The translations under genes and the position numbers were made by a program. Below the pieces are notes generated by a model that was not told the origin of the DNA, did not search any database, and was given only the letters and a program-made list of their open reading frames with translations. From Eledone cirrhosa (lineage: Eukaryota): DNA of 64,000 nucleotides. Location: positions 48,856,001 to 48,920,000 of the forward strand of contig OZ024741.1 of assembly GCA_964016885.1 (NCBI GenBank), in the 5' to 3' direction. How positions within the stretch are numbered: position 1 is the first letter of the stretch; every line of letters begins with the position of its first letter. Positions 23,889 through 38,800 of the stretch are shown piece after piece.

Positions 23889-26800
23889 TGATAATAAGGA
23901 GTAAGAAGTTACTATACCAGTATTAACTAGTCTATAATAGATCTATTACTGTGATAATGTGGAGTTACTATACCAGTAGAAACTAGTCTATAATAGATCT
24001 ATTACTGTGATAATGTGGAGTTACTATACCAGTAGTAACTAGTCTATACTAGATCTATTACTGTGATAATGAGGAGTTACACTACCAGTAGTAACTACTC
24101 TATACTAGATCTATTATTGTGATAACGGGGAGTTGCTATACCAGTAGTAACTAGTCTATACTAGATCTATTACTGTGATAATGTGGAGTTACACTACCAG
24201 TAGTAACTAGTCTATACTAGATCTATTACTGTGATAATGAGGAGATACTATACCAGTAGTAACTAGTCTATAGTAGATCTATTACTGTGATAATATGGAG
24301 TTACTATACCAGTAGTAACTAGTCTATACTAGATCTATTATTATGATAATGGGGAGTTACTATACCAGTATTAACTAGTCTATACTAGATCTACTTCTGT
24401 GATAATGTGGAGTTACTGTACCAGTAGTAACTAGTCTATACTAGATCTATTACTGTGATAATGAGGAGATACTATACCAGCAGTAACTAGTCTATACTAG
24501 ATCTATTACTGTGATAATGAGGAGATACTATACCAGCAGTAACTAGTCTATACTAGATCTATTACTGTGATAATGATGAGTTACTATACCAGCAGTAACT
24601 AGTCTATACTAGATCTACAACTGGGATAATGTGGAGTTACTATACCAGTAGAAACTAGTCTATACTAGATCTACTTCTGTGATAATGTGGAGTTACTATA
24701 CCAGTAGTAACTACTCTATACTAGATATACAACTGGGATAATGTGGAGTTACTGTACCAGTAGTAACTAGTCTATACTAGATCTATTACTGTGATAATGT
24801 GGAGTTACTGTACCAGTAGTAACTAGTCTATACTAGATCTATTACTGTGATAATGTGGAGTTACTGTACCAGTAGTAACTAGTCTAAACTAGATCTATTA
24901 CTGTGATAATGTGGAGTTACTGTACCAGTAGTAACTAGTCTATACTAGATCTATTACTGCGATAATGTGGAGTTACTATACCAGTAGAAACTAGTCTATA
25001 TTAGATCTATTACTGTGATAATGTGGAGTTACTATACCAGTAGTAACTAGTCTAAACTAGATCTATTACTGTGATAATGTCGAGGTACTATACCAGTAGA
25101 AACTAGTCTATACTAGATCTAGTTCTGTGATAATGTGGAGTTACTATACCAGTAGTTACTAGTCTATACTAGATCTATTACTGTAATAATGTGGAGTTAC
25201 TGTACCTGTAGTAACTAGTCTAAACTAGATCTATTACTGTGATAATGTCGAGTTACTATACCAGTAGAAACTAGTCTATACTAGATCTAGTTCTGTGATA
25301 ATGTGGAGTTACTATACCAGTAGTAACTAGTCTATACTAGATCTATTACTGCGATAATGGGGAGTTACTATACCAGTAGAAACTAGTCCATACTAGATCT
25401 ATTACTGTGATAATGGGGTGTTACTATACCAGTAGTAACTAGTCTATACTAGATCTATTACTGTGATAATGTGGAGTTACTGTACCAGTAGTAACTAGTC
25501 TATACTAGATCTATTACTGTGATAATGTGGAGTTACTGTACCAGTAGTAACTAGTCTATACTAGATCTATTACTGTGATAATGTGGAGTTACTGTACCAG
25601 TAGTAACTAGTCTATACTAGATCTATTACTGTAATAATGTGGAGTTACTATACCAGTAGTAACTAGTCTATACTAGATCTAGTTCTGTGATAATGTGGAG
25701 TTACTGTACCAGTAGTAACTAGTCTATACTAGATCTATTACTGTGCGAATGGGGAGTTACTATACCAGTAGTAACTAGTCTATACTAGACCTATTACTGT
25801 GATAATGTGGAGTTACTATACCAGTAGTAACTAGTCTATACTAGATCAACTTCTGTGATAATGTGGAGTTACTATACCAGTAGTAACTAGTCTATACTAG
25901 ATCTATTACTGTGATAATGTGGGGTTACTATACCAGTAGAAACTAGTCTATACTAGATCTATTTCTGTGATAATGTGGGGTTACTATACCAGTAGTAACT
26001 AGTCTATACTAGATCTATTATTGTGAGAATGGGGAGTTACTATACCAGTAGTAACTAGTCTATAATAGATCTATTACTGTGATAATGTGGAGTTACTGTA
26101 CCAGTAGTAACTAGTCTATACTAGATCTATTACTGTGATAATGGGGAGTTACTGTACCAGTAGTAACTAGTCTATACTAGATCTATTACTGTGATAATAT
26201 GGAGTTACACTACCAGTAGTAACTAGTCTATACTAGATCTATTACTGTGATAATGGGGAATTACTATACCAGTAGTAACTAGTCTAAACTAGATCTATTA
26301 CTGTGATAATGGGGAGTTACTATACCAGTAGAAACTAGTCTATACTAGATCTATTACTGTGATAATGGGGAGTTACTATACCAGTAGAAACTAGTCTAAA
26401 CTAGATCTATTACTGTGATAATGGGGAGTTACACTACCAGTAGTAACTAGTCTAAACTAGATCTATTACTGTGATAATGTGGAGTTGCTATACCAGTAGT
26501 AACTAGTCTATACTAGATCTATTACTGTGATAATATGGAGTTACACTACCAGTAGTAACTAGTCTATACTAGATCTATTTCTGTGATAATGAGGAGTTAC
26601 TATACCAGTAGTAACTAGTCTATACTCGATCTATTACTGTGATAATGTGGAGTTACTATACCAGTAGTAACTAGTCTATACTAGATCTATTACTGTGATA
26701 ATGTGGAGTTACTGTACCAGTAGTAACTAGTCTATATTAGATCTACGACTGTGATAATGAGGAGTTACTATAGCAGTAGTAACTAGTCTATACTAGATCT

Positions 26801-29800
26801 ATTACTGTGCGAATGGGGAGTTACTATACCAGTAGTAACTAGTCTATACTAGATCTACTTCTGTGATAATGTGGAGTTACTATACCAGTAGAAACTAGTC
26901 TATACTAGATCTATTACTGTGATAATGTGGAGTTACTATACCAGTAGAAACTAGTTTATACTAGATCTATTACTGTGATAATGTGGAGTTACACTACCAG
27001 TAGTAACTAGTCTATACTAGATCTATTACTGTGATAATGTGGAGTTACTATACCAGTAGTAACTAGTCTATACTAGATCTATTACTGTAATAACGTGGAG
27101 TTACTATACCAGTAGTAACTAGTCTATACTAGATCTATTTCTGTGATAATGTGGAGTTACTGTACCAGTAGTAACTAGTCTATACTAGATCTATTACTGT
27201 GCGAATGGGGAGTTACTATACCAGTAGTAACTAGTCTATACTAGACCTATTACTGTGATAATGTGGAGTTACTATACCAGTAGTAACTAGTCTATACTAG
27301 ATCAACTTCTGTGATAATGTGGAGTTACTATACCAGTAGTAACTAGTCTATACTAGATCTATTACTGTGATAATGTGGGGTTACTATACCAGTAGAAACT
27401 AGTCTATACTAGATCTACTTCTGTGATAATGTGGGGTTACTATACCAGTAGTAACTAGTCTATACTAGATCTATTATTGTGAGAATGGGGAGTTACTATA
27501 CCAGTAGTAACTAGTCTATAATAGATCTATTACTGTGATAATGTGGAGTTACTGTACCAGTAGTAACTAGTCTATACTAGATCTATTACTGTGATAATGG
27601 GGAGTTACTGTACCAGTAGTAACTAGTCTATACTAGATCTATTACTGTGATAATATGGAGTTACACTACCAGTAGTAACTAGTCTATACTAGATCTATTA
27701 CTGTGATAATGGGGAATTACTATACCAGTAGTAACTAGTCTAAACTAGATCTATTACTGTGATAATGGGGAGTTACTATACCAGTAGAAACTAGTCTATA
27801 CTAGATCTATTACTGTGATAATGGGGAGTTACTATACCAGTAGAAACTAGTCTAAACTAGATCTATTACTGTGATAATGGGGAGTTACTATACCAGTAGT
27901 AACTAGTCTATACTAGATCTATTACTGTGATAATGTGGAGTTACTGTACCAGTAGTAACTAGTCTATACTAGATCTATTACTGTGATAATGGGGAGTTAC
28001 TATACCAGTAGAAACTAGTCTATACTAGATCTATTACTGTGATAATGGTGAGTTACTATACCAGTAGAAACTAGTCTATACTAGATCTATTACTGTGATA
28101 ATGTGGAGTTACTATACCAGTAGAAATTAGTTTATACTAGATCTATTACTGTGATAATGGGAAGTTACTATACCAGTAGAAACTAGTCAATACTAGATCT
28201 ATTAATGTGATAATGTGGAGTTACTATACCAGTAGAAACTAGTTTATACTAGATCTATTACTGTGATAATGTGGAGTTACTATACCAGTAGTAACTAGTC
28301 TAAACTAGATCTATTACTGTGATAATGTCGAGTTACTATACCAGTAGAAACTAGTCTATACTGGATCTATTACTGTGTTAATGTGGCGTTACTATACTAG
28401 TAGTAACTAGTCTATACTAGATCTATTACTGTGATAATGTGGAGTTACTGTACCAGTAGTAACTAGTCTATACTAGATCTATTACTGGTCGAATGGGGAG
28501 TTACTATACCAGTAGTAACTCGTCCATACTAGATCTATTACTGTGATAATGGGGAGTTACTGTACCAGTAGTAACTCGTCCATACTAGATCTATTACTGT
28601 GATAATGAGGAGTTACACTACCAGTAGTAAATACTCTATACTAGATCTATTACTGTGATAATGTGGAGTTACTATACCAGTAGTAACTAGTCTATACTAG
28701 ATCTATTACTGTGATAATGTGGAGTTACTGTACCAGTAGTAACTCGTCCATACTAGATCTATTACTGTGATAATGGGGTGTTACTATACCAGTAGTAACT
28801 AGTCTATACTAGATCTATTACCGTGATAATGTGGAGTTACCGTACCAGTAGTAACTAGTCTATACTAGATCTATTACTGTGATAATGGGGAGTTACTGTA
28901 CCAGTAGTAACTAGTCTATACTAGATCTATTACTGTGATAATGTGGAGTTACACTACCAGTAGTAACTAGTCTATACTAGATCTATTACTGTGATAATGA
29001 GGAGATACTATACCAGTAGTAACTAGTCTATAGTAGATCTATTACTGTGATAATATGGAGTTACTATACCAGTAGTAACTAGTCTATACTAGATCTATTA
29101 TTATGATAATGGGGAGTTACTATACCAGTATTAACTAGTCTATACTAGATCTACTTCTGTGATAATGTGGAGTTACTGTACCAGTAGTAACTAGTCTATA
29201 CTAGATCTATTACTGTGATAATGAGGAGATACTATACCAGCAGTAACTAGTCTATACTAGATCTATTACTGTGATAATGAGGAGATACTATACCAGCAGT
29301 AACTAGTCTATACTAGATCTATTACTGTGATAATGATGAGTTACTATACCAGCAGTAACTAGTCTATACTAGATCTACAACTGGGATAATGTGGAGTTAC
29401 TATACCAGTAGAAACTAGTCTATACTAGATCTACTTCTGTGATAATGTGGAGTTACTATACCAGTAGTAACTACTCTATACTAGATATACAACTGGGATA
29501 ATGTGGAGTTACTGTACCAGTAGTAACTAGTCTATACTAGATCTATTACTGTGATAATGTGGAGTTACTGTACCAGTAGTAACTAGTCTATACTAGATCT
29601 ATTACTGTGATAATGTGGAGTTACTGTACCAGTAGTAACTAGTCTAAACTAGATCTATTACTGTGATAATGTGGAGTTACTGTACCAGTAGTAACTAGTC
29701 TATACTAGATCTATTACTGCGATAATGTGGAGTTACTATACCAGTAGAAACTAGTCTATATTAGATCTATTACTGTGATAATGTGGAGTTACTATACCAG

Positions 29801-32800
29801 TAGTAACTAGTCTAAACTAGATCTATTACTGTGATAATGTCGAGGTACTATACCAGTAGAAACTAGTCTATACTAGATCTAGTTCTGTGATAATGTGGAG
29901 TTACTATACCAGTAGTTACTAGTCTATACTAGATCTATTACTGTAATAATGTGGAGTTACTGTACCTGTAGTAACTAGTCTAAACTAGATCTATTACTGT
30001 GATAATGTCGAGTTACTATACCAGTAGAAACTAGTCTATACTAGATCTAGTTCTGTGATAATGTGGAGTTACTATACCAGTAGTAACTAGTCTATACTAG
30101 ATCTATTACTGCGATAATGGGGAGTTACTATACCAGTAGAAACTAGTCCATACTAGATCTATTACTGTGATAATGGGGTGTTACTACACCAGTAGTAACT
30201 AGTCTATACTAGATCTATTACTGTGATAATGTGGAGTTACTGTACCAGTAGTAACTAGTCTATACTAGATCTATTACTGTGATAATGTGGAGTTACTGTA
30301 CCAGTAGTAACTAGTCTATACTAGATCTATTACTGTGATAATGTGGAGTTACTGTACCAGTAGTAACTAGTCTATACTAGATCTATTACTGTAATAATGT
30401 GGAGTTACTATACCAGTAGTAACTAGTCTATACTAGATCTAGTTCTGTGATAATGTGGAGTTACTGTACCAGTAGTAACTAGTCTATACTAGATCTATTA
30501 CTGTGCGAATGGGGAGTTACTATACCAGTAGTAACTAGTCTATACTAGACCTATTACTGTGATAATGTGGAGTTACTATACCAGTAGTAACTAGTCTATA
30601 CTAGATCAACTTCTGTGATAATGTGGAGTTACTATACCAGTAGTAACTAGTCTATACTAGATCTATTACTGTGATAATGTGGGGTTACTATACCAGTAGA
30701 AACTAGTCTATACTAGATCTATTTCTGTGATAATGTGGGGTTACTATACCAGTAGTAACTAGTCTATACTAGATCTATTATTGTGAGAATGGGGAGTTAC
30801 TATACCAGTAGTAACTAGTCTATAATAGATCTATTACTGTGATAATGTGGAGTTACTGTACCAGTAGTAACTAGTCTATACTAGATCTATTACTGTGATA
30901 ATGGGGAGTTACTGTACCAGTAGTAACTAGTCTATACTAGATCTATTACTGTGATAATATGGAGTTACACTACCAGTAGTAACTAGTCTATACTAGATCT
31001 ATTACTGTGATAATGGGGAATTACTATACCAGTAGTAACTAGTCTAAACTAGATCTATTACTGTGATAATGGGGAGTTACTATACCAGTAGAAACTAGTC
31101 TATACTAGATCTATTACTGTGATAATGGGGAGTTACTATACCAGTAGAAACTAGTCTAAACTAGATCTATTACTGTGATAATGGGGAGTTACACTACCAG
31201 TAGTAACTAGTCTAAACTAGATCTATTACTGTGATAATGTGGAGTTGCTATACCAGTAGTAACTAGTCTATACTAGATCTATTACTGTGATAATATGGAG
31301 TTACACTACCAGTAGTAACTAGTCTATACTAGATCTATTTCTGTGATAATGAGGAGTTACTATACCAGTAGTAACTAGTCTATACTCGATCTATTACTGT
31401 GATAATGTGGAGTTACTATACCAGTAGTAACTAGTCTATACTAGATCTATTACTGTGATAATGTGGAGTTACTGTACCAGTAGTAACTAGTCTATATTAG
31501 ATCTACGACTGTGATAATGAGGAGTTACTATAGCAGTAGTAACTAGTCTATACTAGATCTATTACTGTGCGAATGGGGAGTTACTATACCAGTAGTAACT
31601 AGTCTATACTAGATCTACTTCTGTGATAATGTGGAGTTACTATACCAGTAGAAACTAGTCTATACTAGATCTATTACTGTGATAATGTGGAGTTACTATA
31701 CCAGTAGAAACTAGTTTATACTAGATCTATTACTGTGATAATGTGGAGTTACACTACCAGTAGTAACTAGTCTATACTAGATCTATTACTGTGATAATGT
31801 GGAGTTACTATACCAGTAGTAACTAGTCTATACTAGATCTATTACTGTAATAACGTGGAGTTACTATACCAGTAGTAACTAGTCTATACTAGATCTATTT
31901 CTGTGATAATGTGGAGTTACTGTACCAGTAGTAACTAGTCTATACTAGATCTATTACTGTGCGAATGGGGAGTTACTATACCAGTAGTAACTAGTCTATA
32001 CTAGACCTATAACTGTGATAATGTGGAGTTACTATACCAGTAGTAACTAGTCTATACTAGATCAACTTCTGTGATAATGTGGAGTTACTATACCAGTAGT
32101 AACTAGTCTATACTAGATCTATTACTGTGATAATGTGGGGTTACTATACCAGTAGAAACTAGTCTATACTAGATCTACTTCTGTGATAATGTGGGGTTAC
32201 TATACCAGTAGTAACTAGTCTATACTAGATCTATTATTGTGAGAATGGGGAGTTACTATACCAGTAGTAACTAGTCTATAATAGATCTATTACTGTGATA
32301 ATGTGGAGTTACTGTACCAGTAGTAACTAGTCTATACTAGATCTATTACTGTGATAATGGGGAGTTACTGTACCAGTAGTAACTAGTCTATACTAGATCT
32401 ATTACTGTGATAATATGGAGTTACACTACCAGTAGTAACTAGTCTATACTAGATCTATTACTGTGATAATGGGGAATTACTATACCAGTAGTAACTAGTC
32501 TAAACTAGATCTATTACTGTGATAATGGGGAGTTACTATACCAGTAGAAACTAGTCTATACTAGATCTATTACTGTGATAATGGGGAGTTACTATACCAG
32601 TAGAAACTAGTCTAAACTAGATCTATTACTGTGATAATGGGGAGTTACTATACCAGTAGTAACTAGTCTATACTAGATCTATTACTGTGATAATGTGGAG
32701 TTACTGTACCAGTAGTAACTAGTCTATACTAGATCTATTACTGTGATAATGGGGAGTTACTATACCAGTAGAAACTAGTCTATACTAGATCTATTACTGT

Positions 32801-35800
32801 GATAATGGTGAGTTACTATACCAGTAGAAACTAGTCTATACTAGATCTATTACTGTGATAATGTGGAGTTACTATACCAGTAGAAATTAGTTTATACTAG
32901 ATCTATTACTGTGATAATGGGAAGTTACTATACCAGTAGAAACTAGTCAATACTAGATCTATTAATGTGATAATGTGGAGTTACTATACCAGTAGAAACT
33001 AGTTTATACTAGATCTATTACTGTGATAATGTGGAGTTACTATACCAGTAGTAACTAGTCTAAACTAGATCTATTACTGTGATAATGTTGAGTTACTATA
33101 CCAGTAGAAACTAGTCTATACTGGATCTATTACTGTGTTAATGTGGCGTTACTATACTAGTAGTAACTAGTCTATACTAGATCTATTACTGTGATAATGT
33201 GGAGTTACTGTACCAGTAGTAACTAGTCTATACTAGATCTATTACTGGTCGAATGGGGAGTTACTATACCAGTAGTAACTCGTCCATACTAGATCTATTA
33301 CTGTGATAATGGGGAGTTACTGTACCAGTAGTAACTCGTCCATACTAGATCTATTACTGTGATAATGAGGAGTTACACTACCAGTAGTAAATACTCTATA
33401 CTAGATCTATTACTGTGATAATGTGGAGTTACTATACCAGTAGTAACTAGTCTATACTAGATCTATTACTGTGATAATGTGGAGTTACTGTACCAGTAGT
33501 AACTCGTCCATACTAGATCTATTACTGTGATAATGGGGTGTTACTATACCAGTAGTAACTAGTCTATACTAGATCTATTACCGTGATAATGTGGAGTTAC
33601 CGTACCAGTAGTAACTAGTCTATACTAGATCTATTACTGTGATAATGGGGAGTTACTGTACCAGTAGTAACTAGTCTATACTAGATCTATTACTGTGATA
33701 ATGTGGAGTTACTGTACCAGTAGTAACTAGTCTATACTAGATCTATTACTGTGATAATGTGGAGTTACTATACCAGTAGTAACTAGTCTATACTAGATCT
33801 ATTACTGTGATAATGTGGAGTTACTGTACCAGTAGTAACTAGTCTATACTAGATCTATTACTGGTCGAATGGGGAGTTACTATACCAGTAGTAACTAGTC
33901 TATACTAGATCTATTACTGTGATAATGTGCAGTTACTATACCAGTAGTAACTAGTCTATATTAGATCTACTTCTGTGATAATGTGGAGTTACTATACCAG
34001 TAGTAACTAGTCTATACTAGATCTATTACTGTGATAATGTGGGGTTACTATGCCAGTAGAAACTAGTCTATACTAGATCTAGTACTGTGATAATGTGGAG
34101 TTACTATACCAGTAGAAACTAGTTTATACTAGATCTATTACTGTGATAATGTGGAGTTACACTACCAGTAGTAACTAGTCTATACTAGATCTATTACTGT
34201 GATAATGTGGAGTTACTATACCAGTAGTAACTAGTCTATACTAGATCTATTACTGTGATAATGTGGAGTTACACTACCAGTAGAAACTAGTCTATACTAG
34301 ATCTATTACTGTGATAATGTGGAGTTACTATACCAGTAGAAACTAGTTTATACTAGATCTGTTACTGTGATAATGTGGAGTTACTATACCAGTAGAAACT
34401 AGTTTATACTAGATCTATTACTGTGATAATGTGGAGTTACTATACCAGTAGAAACTAGTCTATACTAGATCTATTACTGTGATAATGTGGAGTTACTATA
34501 CCAGTAGAAACTAGTTTATACTAGATCTATTACTGTGATAATGTGGAGTTACTATACCAGTAGAAACTAGTTTATACTAGATCTATTACTGTGATAATGT
34601 GGAGTTACTATACCAGTAGAAACTAGTCTATACTAGATCTATTACTGTGATAATGTGGAGTTACTATACCAGTAGAAACTAGTTTATACTAGATCTATTA
34701 CTGTGATAATGTGGAGTTACTATACCAGTAGTAACTAGTCTAAACTAGATCTATTACTGTAATAATGTCGAGTTACTATACCAGTAGAAACTAGTCTATA
34801 CTGGATCTATTACTGTGTTAATGTGGCGTTACTATACTAGTAGTAACTAGTCTATAATAGATCTATTACTGTGATGATGTGGAGTTACTGTACCAGTAGT
34901 AACTAGTCTATACTAGATCTATTACTGTGATAATGTGGAGTTACTATACCAGTAGTAACTAGTCTATACTAGATCTATTACTGTGATAATGAAGAGTTAC
35001 ACTACCATTAGTAACTAGTTTATACTAGATCTATTACTGTGATATGTGGAGTTACTATACCAGTAGAAACTAGTCTATACTAGATCTATTACTGTGATAA
35101 TGGGGAGTTACTATACCAGTAGTAACTAGGCTATACTAGATCTATTACTGTGATAATGTGGAGTTACACTACCAGTAGTAACTAGTCTATACTAGATCTA
35201 TTACTGTGAAAATGGGGAGTTACTATACCACGAGTAACTAGTCTATACTAGATTTATTACTGTGATAATGGGGAGTTACTATACCAGTAGTAACTAGTCT
35301 ATACTAGATCTATTACTGTGATAATGTGGAGTTACTATACAAGTAGTAACTAGTCTATACTAGATCTATTACTGTGATAATGTGGAGTTACTATACCAGT
35401 AGTAACTAGTCTATACTAGATCTATTACTGTGATAATGTGGAGTTACTGTACCAGTAGTAATTAGTCTATACTAGATCTACAACTGGGATAATGTGGAGT
35501 TACTATACCAGTAGTAACTAGTCTATACTAGATCTATTACTGTGATAATGGGGTGTTACTATACCAGTAGTAACTAGTCTATACTAGATCTATTACTGTG
35601 ATAATGAAGAGTTACTATACCAGTACTAACTAGTCTATACTAGATCTATTACTGTGATAATGTGGAGCTACTGTACCAGTAGTAACTAGTCTATACTAGA
35701 TCTATTACTGTGATAATGTGGAGTTACTATACCAGTAGAAACTAGTCTATACTAGATCTACTTCTGTGATACTGTGGAGTTACTGTACCAGTAGTAACTA

Positions 35801-38800
35801 GACTATACTAGATCTACAACTGGGATAATGTGGAGTTACTATACCAGTAGTAACTAGTCTATACTAGATCTATTACTGTGATAATGGGGAGTTACTATAC
35901 CAGAAGAAACTAGTCTATAATAGATCTATTACTGTGAAAATGGGGAGTTACACTACCAGTAGTAACTAGTCTAAACTAGATCTATTACTGTGATAATGTG
36001 GAGTTGCTATACCAGTAGTAACTAGTCTATACTAGATCTATTACTGTGATAATATGGAGTTACACTACCAGTAGTAACTAGTCTATACTAGATCTATTTC
36101 TGTGATAATGAGGAGTTACTATAGCAGTAGTAACTAGTCTATACTCGATCTATTACTGTGATAATGTGGAGTTACTATACCAGTAGTAACTAGTCTATAC
36201 TAGATCTATTACTGTGATAATGTGGAGTTACTGTACCAGTAGTAACTAGTCTATATTAGATCTACGACTGTGATAATGAGGAGTTACTATAGCAGTAGTA
36301 ACTAGTCTATACTAGATCTATTACTGTGCGAATGGGGAGTTACTATACCAGTAGTAACTAGTCTATAATAGATCTACTTCTGTGATAATGTGGAGTTACT
36401 ATACCAGTAGAAACTAGTCTATACTAGATCTATTACTGTGATAATGTGGAGTTACTATACCAGTAGAAACTAGTTTATACTAGATCTATTACTGTGATAA
36501 TGTGGAGTTACACTACCAGTAGTAACTACTCTATACTAGATCTATTACTGTGATAATGTGGAGTTACTATACCAGTAGTAACTAGTCTATACTAGATCTA
36601 TTACTGTGATAATGTGGGGTTACTATGCCAGTAGAAACTAGTCTATACTAGATCTAGTACTGTGATAATGTGGAGTTACTATACCAGTAGAAACTAGTTT
36701 ATACTAGATCTATTACTGTGATAATGTGGAGTTACACTACCAGTAGTAACTAGTCTATACTAGATCTATTACTGTGATAATGTGGAGTTACTATACCAGT
36801 AGTAACTAGTCTATACTAGATCTATTACTGTGATAATGTGGAGTTACACTACCAGTAGAAACTAGTCTATACTAGATCTATTACTGTGATAATGTGGAGT
36901 TACTATACCAGTAGAAACTAGTTTATACTAGATCTGTTACTGTGATAATGTGGAGTTACTATACCAGTAGAAACTAGTTTATACTAGATCTATTACTGTG
37001 ATAATGTGGAGTTACTATACCAGTAGAAACTAGTCTATACTAGATCTATTACTGTGATAATGTGGAGTTACTATACCAGTAGAAACTAGTTTATACTAGA
37101 TCTATTACTGTGATAATGTGGAGTTACTATACCAGTAGAAACTAGTTTATACTAGATCTATTACTGTGATAATGTGGAGTTACTATACCAGTAGAAACTA
37201 GTCTATACTAGATCTATTACTGTGATAATGTGGAGTTACTATACCAGTAGAAACTAGTTTATACTAGATCTATTACTGTGATAATGTGGAGTTACTATAC
37301 CAGTAGTAACTAGTCTAAACTAGATCTATTACTGTAATAATGCCGAGTTACTATACCAGTAGAAACTAGTCTATACTGGATCTATTACTGTGTTAATGTG
37401 GCGTTACTATACTAGTAGTAACTAGACTATAATAGATCTATTACTGTGATGATGTGGAGTTACTGTACCAGTAGTAACTAGTCTATACTAGATCTATTAC
37501 TGTGATAATGTGGAGTTATTATACCAGTAGTAACTAGTCTATACTAGATCTATTACTGTGATAATGAAGAGTTACACTACCATTAGTAACTAGTTTATAC
37601 TAGATCTATTACTGTGATATGTGGAGTTACTATACCAGTAGAAACTAGTCTATACTAGATCTATTACTGTGATAATGGGGAGTTACTATACCAGTAGTAA
37701 CTAGGCTATACTAGATCTATTACTGTGATAATGTGGAGTTACACTACCAGTATTAACTAGTCTATACTAGATCTATTACTGTGAAAATGGGGAGTTACTA
37801 TACCACGAGTAACTAGTCTATACTAGATCTATTACTGTGATAATGGGGAGTTACTATACCAGTAGTAACTAGTCTATACTAGATCTATTACTGTGATAAT
37901 GTGGAGTTATTATACAAGTAGTAACTAGTCTATACTAGATCTATTACTGTGATAATGTGGAGTTACTATACCAGTAGTAACTAGTCTATACTAGATCTAT
38001 TACTGTGATAATGTGGAGTTACTGTACCAGTAGTAATTAGTCTATACTAGATCTACAACTGGGACAATGTGGAGTTACTATACCAGTAGTAACTAGTCTA
38101 TACTAGATCTATTACTGTGATAATGGGGTGTTACTATACCAGTAGTAACTAGTCTATACTAGATCTATTACTGTGATAATGAAGAGTTACTATACCAGTA
38201 CTAACTAGTCTATACTAGATCTATTACTGTGATAATGTGGAGCTACTGTACCAGTAGTAACTAGTCTATACTAGATCTATTACTGTGATAATGTGGAGTT
38301 ACTATACCAGTAGAAACTAGTCTATACTAGATCTACTTCTGTGATACTGTGGAGTTACTGTACCAGTAGTAACTAGACTATACTAGATCTACAACTGGGA
38401 TAATGTGGAGTTACTATACCAGTAGTAACTAGTCTATTCTAGATCTATTACTGTGATAATGGGGAGTTACTATACCAGAAGAAACTAGTCTATAATAGAT
38501 CTATTACTGTGAAAATGGGGAGTTACACTACCAGTAGTAACTAGTCTAAACTAGATCTATTACTGTGATAATGTGGAGTTGCTATACCAGTAGTAACTAG
38601 TCTATACTAGATCTATTTCTGTGATAATGAGGAGTTACTATACCAGTAGTAACTAGTCTATACTCGATCTATTACTGTGATAATGTGGAGTTACTATACC
38701 AGTAGTAACTAGTCTATACTAGATCTATTACTGTGATAATGTGGAGTTACTGTACCAGTAGTAACTAGTCTATATTAGATCTACGACTGTGATAATGAGG

